A stretch of DNA of 64,000 nt, from IMG/VR virus record IMGVR_UViG_3300046787_000200, positions 186,001-250,000 of that record, one strand, 5' to 3'. Below, in pieces: positions 1 through 8,869 of the stretch. The position numbers and the translations under genes were made by a program. The notes beneath the pieces were generated by a model that saw nothing but the letters and a program-made list of their open reading frames with translations, had not been told where the DNA came from and did no database searches. Position 1 is the first letter of the stretch, and every line of letters starts with the position of its first letter.

Positions 1-1
1 A

Positions 2-355
2 TTTGAAAAGATGAAGTCTCATCCTGCAGTTAAGCAGTATAAGAACGATATCGGTTTAGATCCAAAGTACGACCAACACTTGAAGACTTACTTTGATACA
101 GCAGTTCGTCAGAATCGTTACTACAGTGAAGACTGGACATTCTGTGAAAACTGGCGTGATATGGGTGGTAAGATTTGGGTTGACAAACGTGTATTGTTAC
201 GTCACTCAGGCTCTTATGTATTCTGTATGGAAAATCAACAACACTTGATGAATACAATTGGACCTATGTATGTTCAGGAACAGCAACAAAAAGCGGCTGC
301 AGAACAGCAAGTTGTCCCGGATGCATCAGGCAACGTAACACTAAAAATCTCTTAA
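2..355 (+). CDS. C-terminal part of a glycosyltransferase-like protein (truncated by window edge)
   Basis: Frame open from the window start; YYSEDWTFC..W...GGKIWVD..V.L.H.G resembles GT-A fold phage glycosyltransferase C-termini. Confidence 0.55.
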   Translation, partial: FEKMKSHPAVKQYKNDIGLDPKYDQHLKTYFDTAVRQNRYYSEDWTFCENWRDMGGKIWVDKRVLLRHSGSYVFCMENQQHLMNTIGPMYVQEQQQKAAAEQQVVPDASGNVTLKIS

Positions 356-361
356 ATGAGT

Positions 362-381
362 AGCCCCGAAAGGGGCTTTTT
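362..381 (+). terminator. Rho-independent terminator
   Basis: AGCCCC-GAAA-GGGGCT followed by a T run. Confidence 0.9.
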
Positions 382-400
382 CATATCTACTGAATAAAGC

Positions 401-406
401 TAAATA
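401..406 (+). promoter_or_regulatory. Putative late promoter core TAAATA (T4 TATAAATA-like)
   Basis: TAAATA 4 nt before ATG 411; same core recurs before many genes. Confidence 0.6.
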
Positions 407-410
407 CTAG

Positions 411-2621
411 ATGGACTTAAAAGAATTAGACTCGTTTAAAATGTCGGATGCGATAACATTCCACGATAAACTTAATCCAAAGTTATTTCGTGGCACTCAC
501 CTACAATCTGATGTATCAGATCAATTAAAAGTTATAGCACAAGATTTCTTAGAAGAATTAGGAATTAAAGGTTTAGATGTTAAAGACATAACTATATCCG
601 GATCTAATGCGGCATATAGTTATACACCTAACAGCGATTTAGACTTACACATATTAGTTGATTTAAGTCAGTATCCAGACGATGAGATATACCAAGAGTT
701 ATTTCACGCTAAAAAGACAATATACAATGATTCACACAATATCAAAGTTCACGGAATTCCAGTAGAATTATATGTGCAAGATAGCAACGAACCTGTAATA
801 AGTTTAGGTGAGTATAGTATATTAAAAGACAAGTGGCTTAGAATTCCTACTAAACGTAGAAGTAATTTAGACCAAACTGCTACTAAACAGAAATACGAAA
901 AGTTATTGAAGCTAGCAGAATATGCGTTAAAGTCAAAGAAATTAAGTAAAGTAAAACAAATATTACAAACTATCAAACGTTATCGTCAAGCTGGACTAGA
1001 TAAAGGTGGAGAGTTTGGTCCTGAGAATCTAGCATTCAAGGCATTACGTAGTCAAGGTATTATTACTAAATTGTATGATTTGCGTGACAAATTACATAGT
1101 CAACATTTGAGTATTGAGAGTATGTATTCTAATGATGTTGATGAAGATTATCATCCAAATGGTAAGCCACCTGGACCTGAGTTTAAACCCACAATGCCAG
1201 CCGGCACTGTTAGAGTAGATGTATCAGATGTATATGATTGGTATAAGTTAGGTCAAAACATCAGTGACCTTGGTAGAGCAGATCCTAATATGTTTGGTAA
1301 AGGACCTCCTAGCACTATTATGTCATTTGGGGACGAAGATACTGAACACAAATATATCAATGACTTAGAGAAGACTGGATTAACTACAACTGACATTGAC
1401 CCAGTTGATCCTAAGCAACCTAAAGGTATGAAGCGTCAGAAGACTGACCCTACTTACAATGTGTCGGAACAAGAAACAATGCAATATGCTGCCGAAAAGA
1501 TACCGGCAACTAATCCATATGGTGGTCTTAAAGATAGACAGTATCGTGGTAGTATATCAGAAATAAGAAAAAATCCAGAACAAAATCTTAAGTCAGAATC
1601 TGGTATGAAAGAATTAGCAAGTATTGCTAAGACTATTAGTGATCCAGAAAACTGGGCTATCAGTATGACCAGTGAACCCAAGTTAGGTATCAACCCACAA
1701 GTAGGTATTAGCGAAGACACCCCTAAAGGCATTTACTTCTATCCATTGAACTATGCATTAGGTAAGACACGCTATGGAAAATTGCCTTGGGGAAATGACT
1801 ATCCCTATATTCAGTTGTTTCAATATGATCGTTCACGTGAAATGACTAAACAAACAAAAGTTGACCCTGCTAAATTAAAACAAGCATTGCTTCAATATTG
1901 TCCTGAAGAAGTAATACAGCAAGCAATTGACGATCCAGAATACGACGGAACACCATACTGGTTCATTTACGATTGTTTAAGCAGACTAGGACAAAACGAC
2001 GAAACTAATATTGTTCGTTGGAATAAAATATTGCGTGATTTAGGCTTTACTAGCGTGTATGATGATGGTGATGGTTGGATTGCTTACAACGAACCAACAC
2101 AAGGTGTTGTATTAGATCCAAGAGTTATTAAACAACACAAGACTATTGTTAATAAGAAGCAATCAGGAGTAGTTACACCTGCCGCAATTGAACAGGCTAT
2201 ATTTGACACACTTGATATAGAGTTAGCCGCTAATAGAGCGTGGCAAGCATATGACCCAGACGGCAGTAAACTCAGATCGGCAGCCAAGGAATATGCCAAG
2301 GATCCTAAATTCAAACCATATTATGGAAAGCCAGGAACAGAAGAAATATTTAATAAAGCAGAAGGCTGGGGCAGGTATGGTGCAAGACAATTATCAGATA
2401 TTGCATACGAATGGTATAAACAACAACAAAGTCAGTCAAAAGTCAATGAAGCAAGTGGATATATCCCGAGCAACGCACAGAAAAATGACCCTAGATTCAA
2501 GACTGCATTAACAGTAGATGTTAAGCCTGATAGTATCAAAAAGAACGCAAAAGCATTTGCTTGGTTGACTGATAGGGCCGGCATTCCTCCCGCAGCCAAA
2601 GCAAACGGCAAAATCTCTTAA
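411..2621 (+). CDS. Pol-beta-superfamily nucleotidyltransferase fused to several additional modules
   Basis: SGSNAAYSYTPNSDLDLHILVD (GS + DxD) and VELYVQD; further blocks after Glu-ending linkers (VDE, VSE, ISE, VNE). Confidence 0.7.
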   Translation: MDLKELDSFKMSDAITFHDKLNPKLFRGTHLQSDVSDQLKVIAQDFLEELGIKGLDVKDITISGSNAAYSYTPNSDLDLHILVDLSQYPDDEIYQELFHAKKTIYNDSHNIKVHGIPVELYVQDSNEPVISLGEYSILKDKWLRIPTKRRSNLDQTATKQKYEKLLKLAEYALKSKKLSKVKQILQTIKRYRQAGLDKGGEFGPENLAFKALRSQGIITKLYDLRDKLHSQHLSIESMYSNDVDEDYHPNGKPPGPEFKPTMPAGTVRVDVSDVYDWYKLGQNISDLGRADPNMFGKGPPSTIMSFGDEDTEHKYINDLEKTGLTTTDIDPVDPKQPKGMKRQKTDPTYNVSEQETMQYAAEKIPATNPYGGLKDRQYRGSISEIRKNPEQNLKSESGMKELASIAKTISDPENWAISMTSEPKLGINPQVGISEDTPKGIYFYPLNYALGKTRYGKLPWGNDYPYIQLFQYDRSREMTKQTKVDPAKLKQALLQYCPEEVIQQAIDDPEYDGTPYWFIYDCLSRLGQNDETNIVRWNKILRDLGFTSVYDDGDGWIAYNEPTQGVVLDPRVIKQHKTIVNKKQSGVVTPAAIEQAIFDTLDIELAANRAWQAYDPDGSKLRSAAKEYAKDPKFKPYYGKPGTEEIFNKAEGWGRYGARQLSDIAYEWYKQQQSQSKVNEASGYIPSNAQKNDPRFKTALTVDVKPDSIKKNAKAFAWLTDRAGIPPAAKANGKIS

Positions 2622-2642
2622 GTTTCCTTTATATAGTATTTT

Positions 2643-2650
2643 GATAAATA
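2643..2650 (+). promoter_or_regulatory. Putative late promoter GATAAATA
   Basis: Motif 21 nt before ATG 2672, inside palindrome 2631-2656. Confidence 0.55.
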
Positions 2651-2671
2651 CTATATCAAACGGGATTCCAT

Positions 2672-4183
2672 ATGAAAATCAGTCAAATTATACAAGAAAC
2701 AACAACGTCAGGGTCAGTAGCACCTGTAGAATTAGGGTTTGTTAAAATGCAAACACGTAATCCAAGTGTATACGGTGACACTAAAGCAGGCAACTTACTA
2801 AAAGGTAAGAAAACAAATAAGCCATTTGCTAATAGCGTAAATGAGTCTAAAATGAAAGATTTAGCTTACGATATGGAAACAATGAAGCCTGCTGAGTTTC
2901 AAAAGAAGTATGGTAAAAGCAGAGAACAAATGAAGGCTTCTCCTATCAATAAGCCTGCTCAACCACAAAAACCAACTCCACTAGTCAACGAAGCTGACTT
3001 ACAAGAAGATGATGTAATATTAGTTCCTGGTCAGGGAAGAAAAACAAAGACTGGTTTTGTACCTCACGGAGAAAGTCGTGTAGACCACGAAGTAGAAATG
3101 GCTGTCAGCGATTTGTTCAGTGCAGGTAAGAATGCTGAGAAAATCTATAACATCGTAAGAAGTATCAGTGAAGAAGAAGGTCTTGAAGGCTGGGTACAAG
3201 AGAAGATTATTAAAGCTAATGACTATCTAAACACAGTCCGTGAATACTTAGAAGGTAAACAAGTTCAAGGTATGGCGGAAGGCTTGAATGATACTGTATA
3301 TCCTAACGCAGAAGTAATCAAAAGTAAAAATGGTAAGCCAGTTGGTGAGATATATCAAGATGGCAATAGTTGGGGTGCTTTTCACTATCGAGCAGACCGT
3401 GGATATGATATGATTGACAGTAGGGAAGATGCGATAGAAGCATTGAAAGATTTACATCAAGAAACAGGTCGCAGTCGTCCAGACTATACTATAAAAGGTG
3501 TGGCGGAAGGCTTACCACAGACTCTACGCAAAGTTGTTCCCGGACACGCCAAGCGTGAAATTGATAAGAAGATGGATGCTGGAAAATTTGGCAAAACTGA
3601 TGCTGATAAAGATGCTAACTTCCAACGCTACAAAAAGATTCAAGACAAGTTAAAAGAGCAAGGTGTGGAAGAAGGCTTTGGATTGAGGGGCACCGGTAAT
3701 CCAGGTATGCCAACTCCATATGACCAAGGACGAGCAGATGCCAAAAAAGGTCGTCCATATGACAATCCATATGACCAGCCAGGCGAAGAACAAGAACATA
3801 GAAACTATCGTAAAGGCTATGAGCAGGGTAAAGAGCAAGGTGTGGCGGAAGGCGCGGAACAAGTTTACAAGGTATTGGCTGTTGACAAGAGCAACGCATT
3901 GTCCAAACAAGTGAAGTTAAAGGTAAAAGCCAGTTCATTAGATGAAGTGTTTGAACGATTGGCAATCAATGATTGGTATCCTTTAGAAATCAACGGTGTA
4001 GAAGTAATCAACGGCAAGCGCCTAAAGCAAGGTGTGGCGGAAGGTGCTAAAGTAGATCGTATGGTTAAGCACATTGAAAAGTCTGAAAAGAAATTAGGCA
4101 AGTCTGAAAAAGAAGCAGAGAACATTGCTTGGGCTACAGCTAACAAACGTGGTATGTTAGATAACAAGAATAAGAAAGCGTAA
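2672..4183 (+). CDS. Modular polyprotein with QGVAEG-delimited cassettes, probable internal head protein
   Basis: Leader MKISQIIQE; five in-frame (Q/K)G(V/M)(A/E)EG linkers between unrelated segments. Confidence 0.75.
   Translation: MKISQIIQETTTSGSVAPVELGFVKMQTRNPSVYGDTKAGNLLKGKKTNKPFANSVNESKMKDLAYDMETMKPAEFQKKYGKSREQMKASPINKPAQPQKPTPLVNEADLQEDDVILVPGQGRKTKTGFVPHGESRVDHEVEMAVSDLFSAGKNAEKIYNIVRSISEEEGLEGWVQEKIIKANDYLNTVREYLEGKQVQGMAEGLNDTVYPNAEVIKSKNGKPVGEIYQDGNSWGAFHYRADRGYDMIDSREDAIEALKDLHQETGRSRPDYTIKGVAEGLPQTLRKVVPGHAKREIDKKMDAGKFGKTDADKDANFQRYKKIQDKLKEQGVEEGFGLRGTGNPGMPTPYDQGRADAKKGRPYDNPYDQPGEEQEHRNYRKGYEQGKEQGVAEGAEQVYKVLAVDKSNALSKQVKLKVKASSLDEVFERLAINDWYPLEINGVEVINGKRLKQGVAEGAKVDRMVKHIEKSEKKLGKSEKEAENIAWATANKRGMLDNKNKKA
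3266..4044 (+). repeat. Array of five 17-bp direct repeats, consensus CAAGGTGTGGCGGAAGG
   Basis: Copies start at 3266, 3494, 3659, 3836, 4028; periods 228, 165, 177, 192 nt, all multiples of 3. Confidence 0.95.
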
Positions 4184-4184
4184 T

Positions 4185-7100
4185 ATGAGCAGTATTCTAA
4201 AAGGTTTAAACGAATCCAATTCAGTATATGGACATAGTGATCCAGATAGAGAATACGGTGCACCTGCAACGTCATACAGTAAACGTGGTCCTTATTCACA
4301 CACAGATGATGACGATGATGGTAATCCATTCGCTGAATATGAACGTCAGCAAAGAATGTTTGCTGTTGGTCGTGCTGAGAAGGCTGCAAGAGAAAAAGCA
4401 CAGCGTGATAGTGACCACGATAGATTAGCAACCGGTACTAATGAAGAACAACTTGACGAACTATCAAATGAGAAGCTAGGTCAATATAAAACAGCCGCCG
4501 CTGCCGATGCAGGTAAAGCTGATTTAGCCGGTGACTATAAGAAAGCCGATAAACGTTTTAGTGGTATCGTAAAAGCGACTAAGAAACAGTTTGCTAATGA
4601 TGCTAAAACTGTCAAAGAAGATATTAATGCAGTATATAAAGAAGCTAAATCATTACTTACTCAATTAGATGAATCTACACAGCAACAAGTTATCAATGCT
4701 CTAAAAAAGAATGTGGATGCTGAAAAAGATAAACAAAAGAGCAAATATCCAAGACTTGATAATCCTAAAATTTTAGGAACAAATAATAAAGCTAAATCAA
4801 TATACTATCCACCAAGCAAACCTAATGTAAAGAAGTTAGATAAGCCATTACCAGAAAGCTTGGGTGATCAGCTTAAATCTAAATCATTAGATGCATTGCA
4901 ACAAGTTAAACAAAATATCGAACAAAAACGTATGGCTGATTTAGAGCAGTGGGAAAAAGATTTCAAACAAAATACTGTTTCTAAGTTTACAGCAAGACAA
5001 CCAAGTTTTATGCAACAACCTAAGCAAGTTGCAAGACCACTAGAGAAGCATTCAGTATTGAAAGCAAGATTAGCACAACTTGATAAAGCTATTGAGAAGC
5101 AAGCTGTATTAGACAAGATGTTGCAACGCCTTGATGCTAAAGGTCTATTAACACCTGCAATACAATCTGATACAGATACAAGTATGTTAGTGCGTGATGG
5201 TGCAAATGATAATTATGTTTCATTAAATCAGAAGTTGGACAAAGCATTAGAGTTCGTTAAGAACAGATTAATGACTAACAAAACCGCTTTTGCTAAACCA
5301 AAAGCGATTGATGAAAATGAAGAACTAGATGAAAATCTACACAAGTGGTTCAAAGAGAAGTGGGTTCGTTTCGGTCCAGATGGTAAGATTCGCGGTGACT
5401 GCGCTAGAGGTGATGATAGTGAAGGTAAACCAAAATGCTTACCACAAAGTAAAGCACATAGTCTAGGCAAGAAGGGTCGTGCTAGTGCGGCAAGTCGTAA
5501 GCGTAGAGAAGATCCTAATCCAGAGCGTAGTGGCAAGGCTATCAATGTCAATACTAAGAAAAATAGTAATGAAAGTGTGGTCCTTGGGCGAGATGAAGGT
5601 AACTTTGTAAGTGATACACCAGTCAATCTAGGTGGTGTAGTAGTTAAGAATTTAGGTATCGGTGATATTGTAAGTTACTTCGGACAAAAAGCAAAAATAA
5701 TTGCTATGTCTAAAACAGGAAATACATCTCGCATTACAATACCAAGTGGTATGGGTGGTGTTACTAAAGATGTTCTTACTAAAGATTTGAAACGCACAAG
5801 TTTATCTGAGGAAGAGTTAGACGAAGCCTGTTGGAAAGGTTATCACAAAGAGGGTAACAAGAAAATGTTTGGCAATCCATATCCTAACTGTGTAAAGAAT
5901 ACTAACGAAGAATTAGATATGACAGAAGGCTGGAAAGAAGAAGCACAAGATTTAGAAGACTGGTCTAAAGAAGTCAACATGAGACTGTACAGAGCGCATG
6001 AGAGTCAGCGCCCTGCACTAGCAAGACAACTAAGCAAATTAGAACAAAAACACTTTGGTAGTGAATTTACACATCCAAACTTAACTAATGTAGTTTGGTC
6101 AGCATTACGAGCATTACAAAAAGGTGAGATGGTTCACTATGATCCACAACGTGTAGGTCAAATGCCATTTGGTAATATAGTAGGTGATGATGCTAAAATC
6201 ATTGCACAGTATAATATAACTCGTGATGAACTTGCCGGTTATCGTATGTTACACGATAAAGGTATGGTAGATAATCTTGAACAATTTTTAAAGTTACGCC
6301 GTTTAGTACGTGCAAAATCATGGCCACTAGAGTATTATGAAGAATTAGAGAAGTTATCAACAGAAGAAGCATGGTTAAAAATGGCCAATGATTTGAATTG
6401 GTCCAAAGATGATATGAACGAATCAGTTCAAGCCAAAACTGATGACAACTTACGAGCATACTACGCACAACGTAAAGCAGAAAAAGAAAAGCAACATAGC
6501 GAAAGTTGCCCACATTGCGGTGGCGAAATGGTTAGTGAAGAACTAATGAATGAAAAGAAAGATGCTTGCTACTATAAAGTAAAGAGCCGTTACAAGGTAT
6601 GGCCAAGTGCTTATGCTAGTGGTGCGTTAGTTAAGTGCCGTAAGAAGGGCGCAAGCAACTGGGGCAACGGTGGTAAGAGTAATGAAAGTGTTGCGGAAGA
6701 CGATGCCGGTGATGTTGAACAGCGTATGATTGCTAAAATAGAAAAAGAAAAACAGCGTCTAGCAAAACTAAAGCAGACAGATCCAGAAGCATACAAGCGT
6801 GAAATAGAAAAGCGTAAAACTTCATCTAGAGTTCCTCCTGTGTCTACATTTGAAGATCAAGGTGTGGCGGAAGGGCCTGGTTTTGATAAATGGGCAGATG
6901 ATAGAGCGGCATCACAACTACACAAACTAAAACCCGGGATGGTTCAAGACCGCAAGACCGGCAAGTGGTATGATCCTAACAAAGAGTTTGACAAGAAGAT
7001 GAACAGTCCTGAAGTCATGGCTCAAATGAAGCGTATGGCACAGAAAGAAAGCATCGAAGAAGACCAACTTGATGAAAAGTGGACTAAGAAATACAAAGAT

Positions 7101-7199
7101 AGCATCAACTGTAGTAATCCAAAAGGCTTTAGTCAAAAAGCACATTGTGCTGGTAAACAGAAAAATGAAAGTGCAATATTGAAAGGGCTTAAATTATGA
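4185..7199 (+). CDS. 1004-aa modular polyprotein, probable internal head protein
   Basis: Short basic or Cys-containing modules separated by LDE/NES/MNE/VAE linkers; one exact 17-bp repeat. Confidence 0.7.
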   Translation: MSSILKGLNESNSVYGHSDPDREYGAPATSYSKRGPYSHTDDDDDGNPFAEYERQQRMFAVGRAEKAAREKAQRDSDHDRLATGTNEEQLDELSNEKLGQYKTAAAADAGKADLAGDYKKADKRFSGIVKATKKQFANDAKTVKEDINAVYKEAKSLLTQLDESTQQQVINALKKNVDAEKDKQKSKYPRLDNPKILGTNNKAKSIYYPPSKPNVKKLDKPLPESLGDQLKSKSLDALQQVKQNIEQKRMADLEQWEKDFKQNTVSKFTARQPSFMQQPKQVARPLEKHSVLKARLAQLDKAIEKQAVLDKMLQRLDAKGLLTPAIQSDTDTSMLVRDGANDNYVSLNQKLDKALEFVKNRLMTNKTAFAKPKAIDENEELDENLHKWFKEKWVRFGPDGKIRGDCARGDDSEGKPKCLPQSKAHSLGKKGRASAASRKRREDPNPERSGKAINVNTKKNSNESVVLGRDEGNFVSDTPVNLGGVVVKNLGIGDIVSYFGQKAKIIAMSKTGNTSRITIPSGMGGVTKDVLTKDLKRTSLSEEELDEACWKGYHKEGNKKMFGNPYPNCVKNTNEELDMTEGWKEEAQDLEDWSKEVNMRLYRAHESQRPALARQLSKLEQKHFGSEFTHPNLTNVVWSALRALQKGEMVHYDPQRVGQMPFGNIVGDDAKIIAQYNITRDELAGYRMLHDKGMVDNLEQFLKLRRLVRAKSWPLEYYEELEKLSTEEAWLKMANDLNWSKDDMNESVQAKTDDNLRAYYAQRKAEKEKQHSESCPHCGGEMVSEELMNEKKDACYYKVKSRYKVWPSAYASGALVKCRKKGASNWGNGGKSNESVAEDDAGDVEQRMIAKIEKEKQRLAKLKQTDPEAYKREIEKRKTSSRVPPVSTFEDQGVAEGPGFDKWADDRAASQLHKLKPGMVQDRKTGKWYDPNKEFDKKMNSPEVMAQMKRMAQKESIEEDQLDEKWTKKYKDSINCSNPKGFSQKAHCAGKQKNESAILKGLKL
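6858..6874 (+). repeat. Sixth copy of the 17-bp repeat, exact consensus
   Basis: CAAGGTGTGGCGGAAGG, in frame as QGVAEG. Confidence 0.95.
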
Positions 7200-7315
7200 G
7201 AGATTACACATTTACAGCAGAATGCAACAGCGGTCAGGTAAAGACCTTTACATTTCAGGCTGCCAACTACAGAGCCGCTAGAACTAAACTAGAAGAATTA
7301 ATAGCGGCAAACTAA
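7196..7315 (+). CDS. 39-aa hypothetical protein (not in ORF track)
   Basis: ATGA overlap with upstream stop; MRDYTFTAECNSGQVKTFTFQAANYRAARTKLEELIAAN. Confidence 0.6.
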   Translation: MRDYTFTAECNSGQVKTFTFQAANYRAARTKLEELIAAN

Positions 7316-7359
7316 AATGAAAGACTATGACTTCTATTGGAATAGGTTAGGTTACCCTA

Positions 7360-7800
7360 ATGGCACTAAGTTGGCGAGATAAACAAAAACAATTTTTAGT
7401 TGATTCAATAGAATTCGACCAAGATGCTAGGATTTTAAATTGGATTGATAATAAACCAACATACTTTTTAGGTGACTCTAATTATTTCAAACAACATGCC
7501 TCCGAAACTAATATCAATAGTGCAACACAAGCAATATTGATATTCAATCATCAAATACTAACCAGTGATTTAGAAAATATATTAAAAGCAACAATACATA
7601 TTCCTAAATTATGTATTGCTATTAATAAGTTTTTAATCATACCGGACAAAACATTTGAATGTAATGACAATTATGATATTGCATTATTTGATTTTGTGCA
7701 GAACATTTTTCCCGACAGGCATATAGATTATTATTATAACAAAAACGTTAAAGATACTAATTTTAATTTTGCAAGCCCCACAACACAATTTTACCTATGA
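7360..7800 (+). CDS. Hypothetical protein (AT-rich)
   Basis: 146-aa ORF. Confidence 0.6.
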   Translation: MALSWRDKQKQFLVDSIEFDQDARILNWIDNKPTYFLGDSNYFKQHASETNINSATQAILIFNHQILTSDLENILKATIHIPKLCIAINKFLIIPDKTFECNDNYDIALFDFVQNIFPDRHIDYYYNKNVKDTNFNFASPTTQFYL

Positions 7801-8375
7801 TATTGAAATCTGATATCAGAACTAATTACCTACTATATAAAAACTCTCAACCATTGTTTAAAAAATGGATTAAAGAGAAACACAAGACAATACTCACTGA
7901 TAAGTATTCAAAGTTTATATTAGGCAATTTACCTCAGGGTAGAAGTGTATGGTTTGATTCATTTGGTTATTGCTTCAAAACATTCAATAAAGACATATAT
8001 TCGGTTGAACTAAGGATGCGTGAATCGTTTTTAAAGAATTTACCGGATATTCTATGTGAGGATGATTTCTATGAAAACATGGATGCACACAGATATTATG
8101 CTAATACATTGAATCCAAAATCAATAGTGTTATATGATTCAGGAATGTTAAAGTATTATAATATTGACGAATATGTGTCGTTCTTTAAAAATATGCAAGA
8201 AATATATAACGTTCCTATTTTTATTAAAATTAATTTAGTATTTTTAGATTTTAACAGACTAAAATACAGATACAGTGACATTGGTAATATCATAGAAAAT
8301 ATGATTCCTAATTCAAAAATAGAGTTTAAAGTCAATAATTTGAATAGGACAGCACTACATTATTGGGAACCCTAA
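7797..8375 (+). CDS. Hypothetical protein (AT-rich)
   Basis: 192-aa ORF, ATGA-coupled. Confidence 0.65.
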   Translation: MILKSDIRTNYLLYKNSQPLFKKWIKEKHKTILTDKYSKFILGNLPQGRSVWFDSFGYCFKTFNKDIYSVELRMRESFLKNLPDILCEDDFYENMDAHRYYANTLNPKSIVLYDSGMLKYYNIDEYVSFFKNMQEIYNVPIFIKINLVFLDFNRLKYRYSDIGNIIENMIPNSKIEFKVNNLNRTALHYWEP

Positions 8376-8428
8376 TCAATTTATAAAAGATAGATTTGTT
8401 GATAAATACTATGATATAGAGGCATATT

Positions 8429-8869
8429 ATGTTATCGGACAATTTAAAAGTATTATTAGCAAGTACACAAAGTTTTGCAATCAAGTCACAGAACTTCCAT
8501 TGGAATGTTGAAGGTAGTAACTTTCCCCAATACCATGAATTTTTTGATACACTATACAGTGACATAAGTGGTACCATTGATCGTATAGCTGAATACATCA
8601 GAATACTAGGTCACTACACACCTGGTAGCTTAAAACGCTACTCAGAACTAAGTGTCATTGAAGACCAAATAAAAATTCCACGTGCTGAATTAATGTTTGC
8701 TGAATCATTACAAGACTGTGAAACAATGCTTCAGTTAGTAACCGCAATGTTTGATGAAGCGGCAGACGAAAAGCAACACGGTATAGAAAACTATATGGCT
8801 GAATTACAAGATTTGTACGGCAAGAAAGCTTGGTTCATTCGTTCAGTATTGAAGAAAGAACGTGAATGA
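8429..8869 (+). CDS. dps: Dps/ferritin-like DNA protection protein
   Basis: NFHWNVEG..F..YHEFF and D.IAE.IR.LG ferroxidase signatures; TAAATA at 8403. Confidence 0.9.
   Translation: MLSDNLKVLLASTQSFAIKSQNFHWNVEGSNFPQYHEFFDTLYSDISGTIDRIAEYIRILGHYTPGSLKRYSELSVIEDQIKIPRAELMFAESLQDCETMLQLVTAMFDEAADEKQHGIENYMAELQDLYGKKAWFIRSVLKKERE

Noticed and set aside
3266-4044. CRISPR array
   Set aside because: The repeat is 17 bp, spacers are 148-211 nt and in-frame coding, and no cas genes are present.
3615-4431. Minus-strand ORFs here and most other minus-strand or nested ORFs in the track
   Set aside because: They are shadows of + strand genes without RBS or motifs; only 37343-37771 and 45499-45996 fill real gaps.
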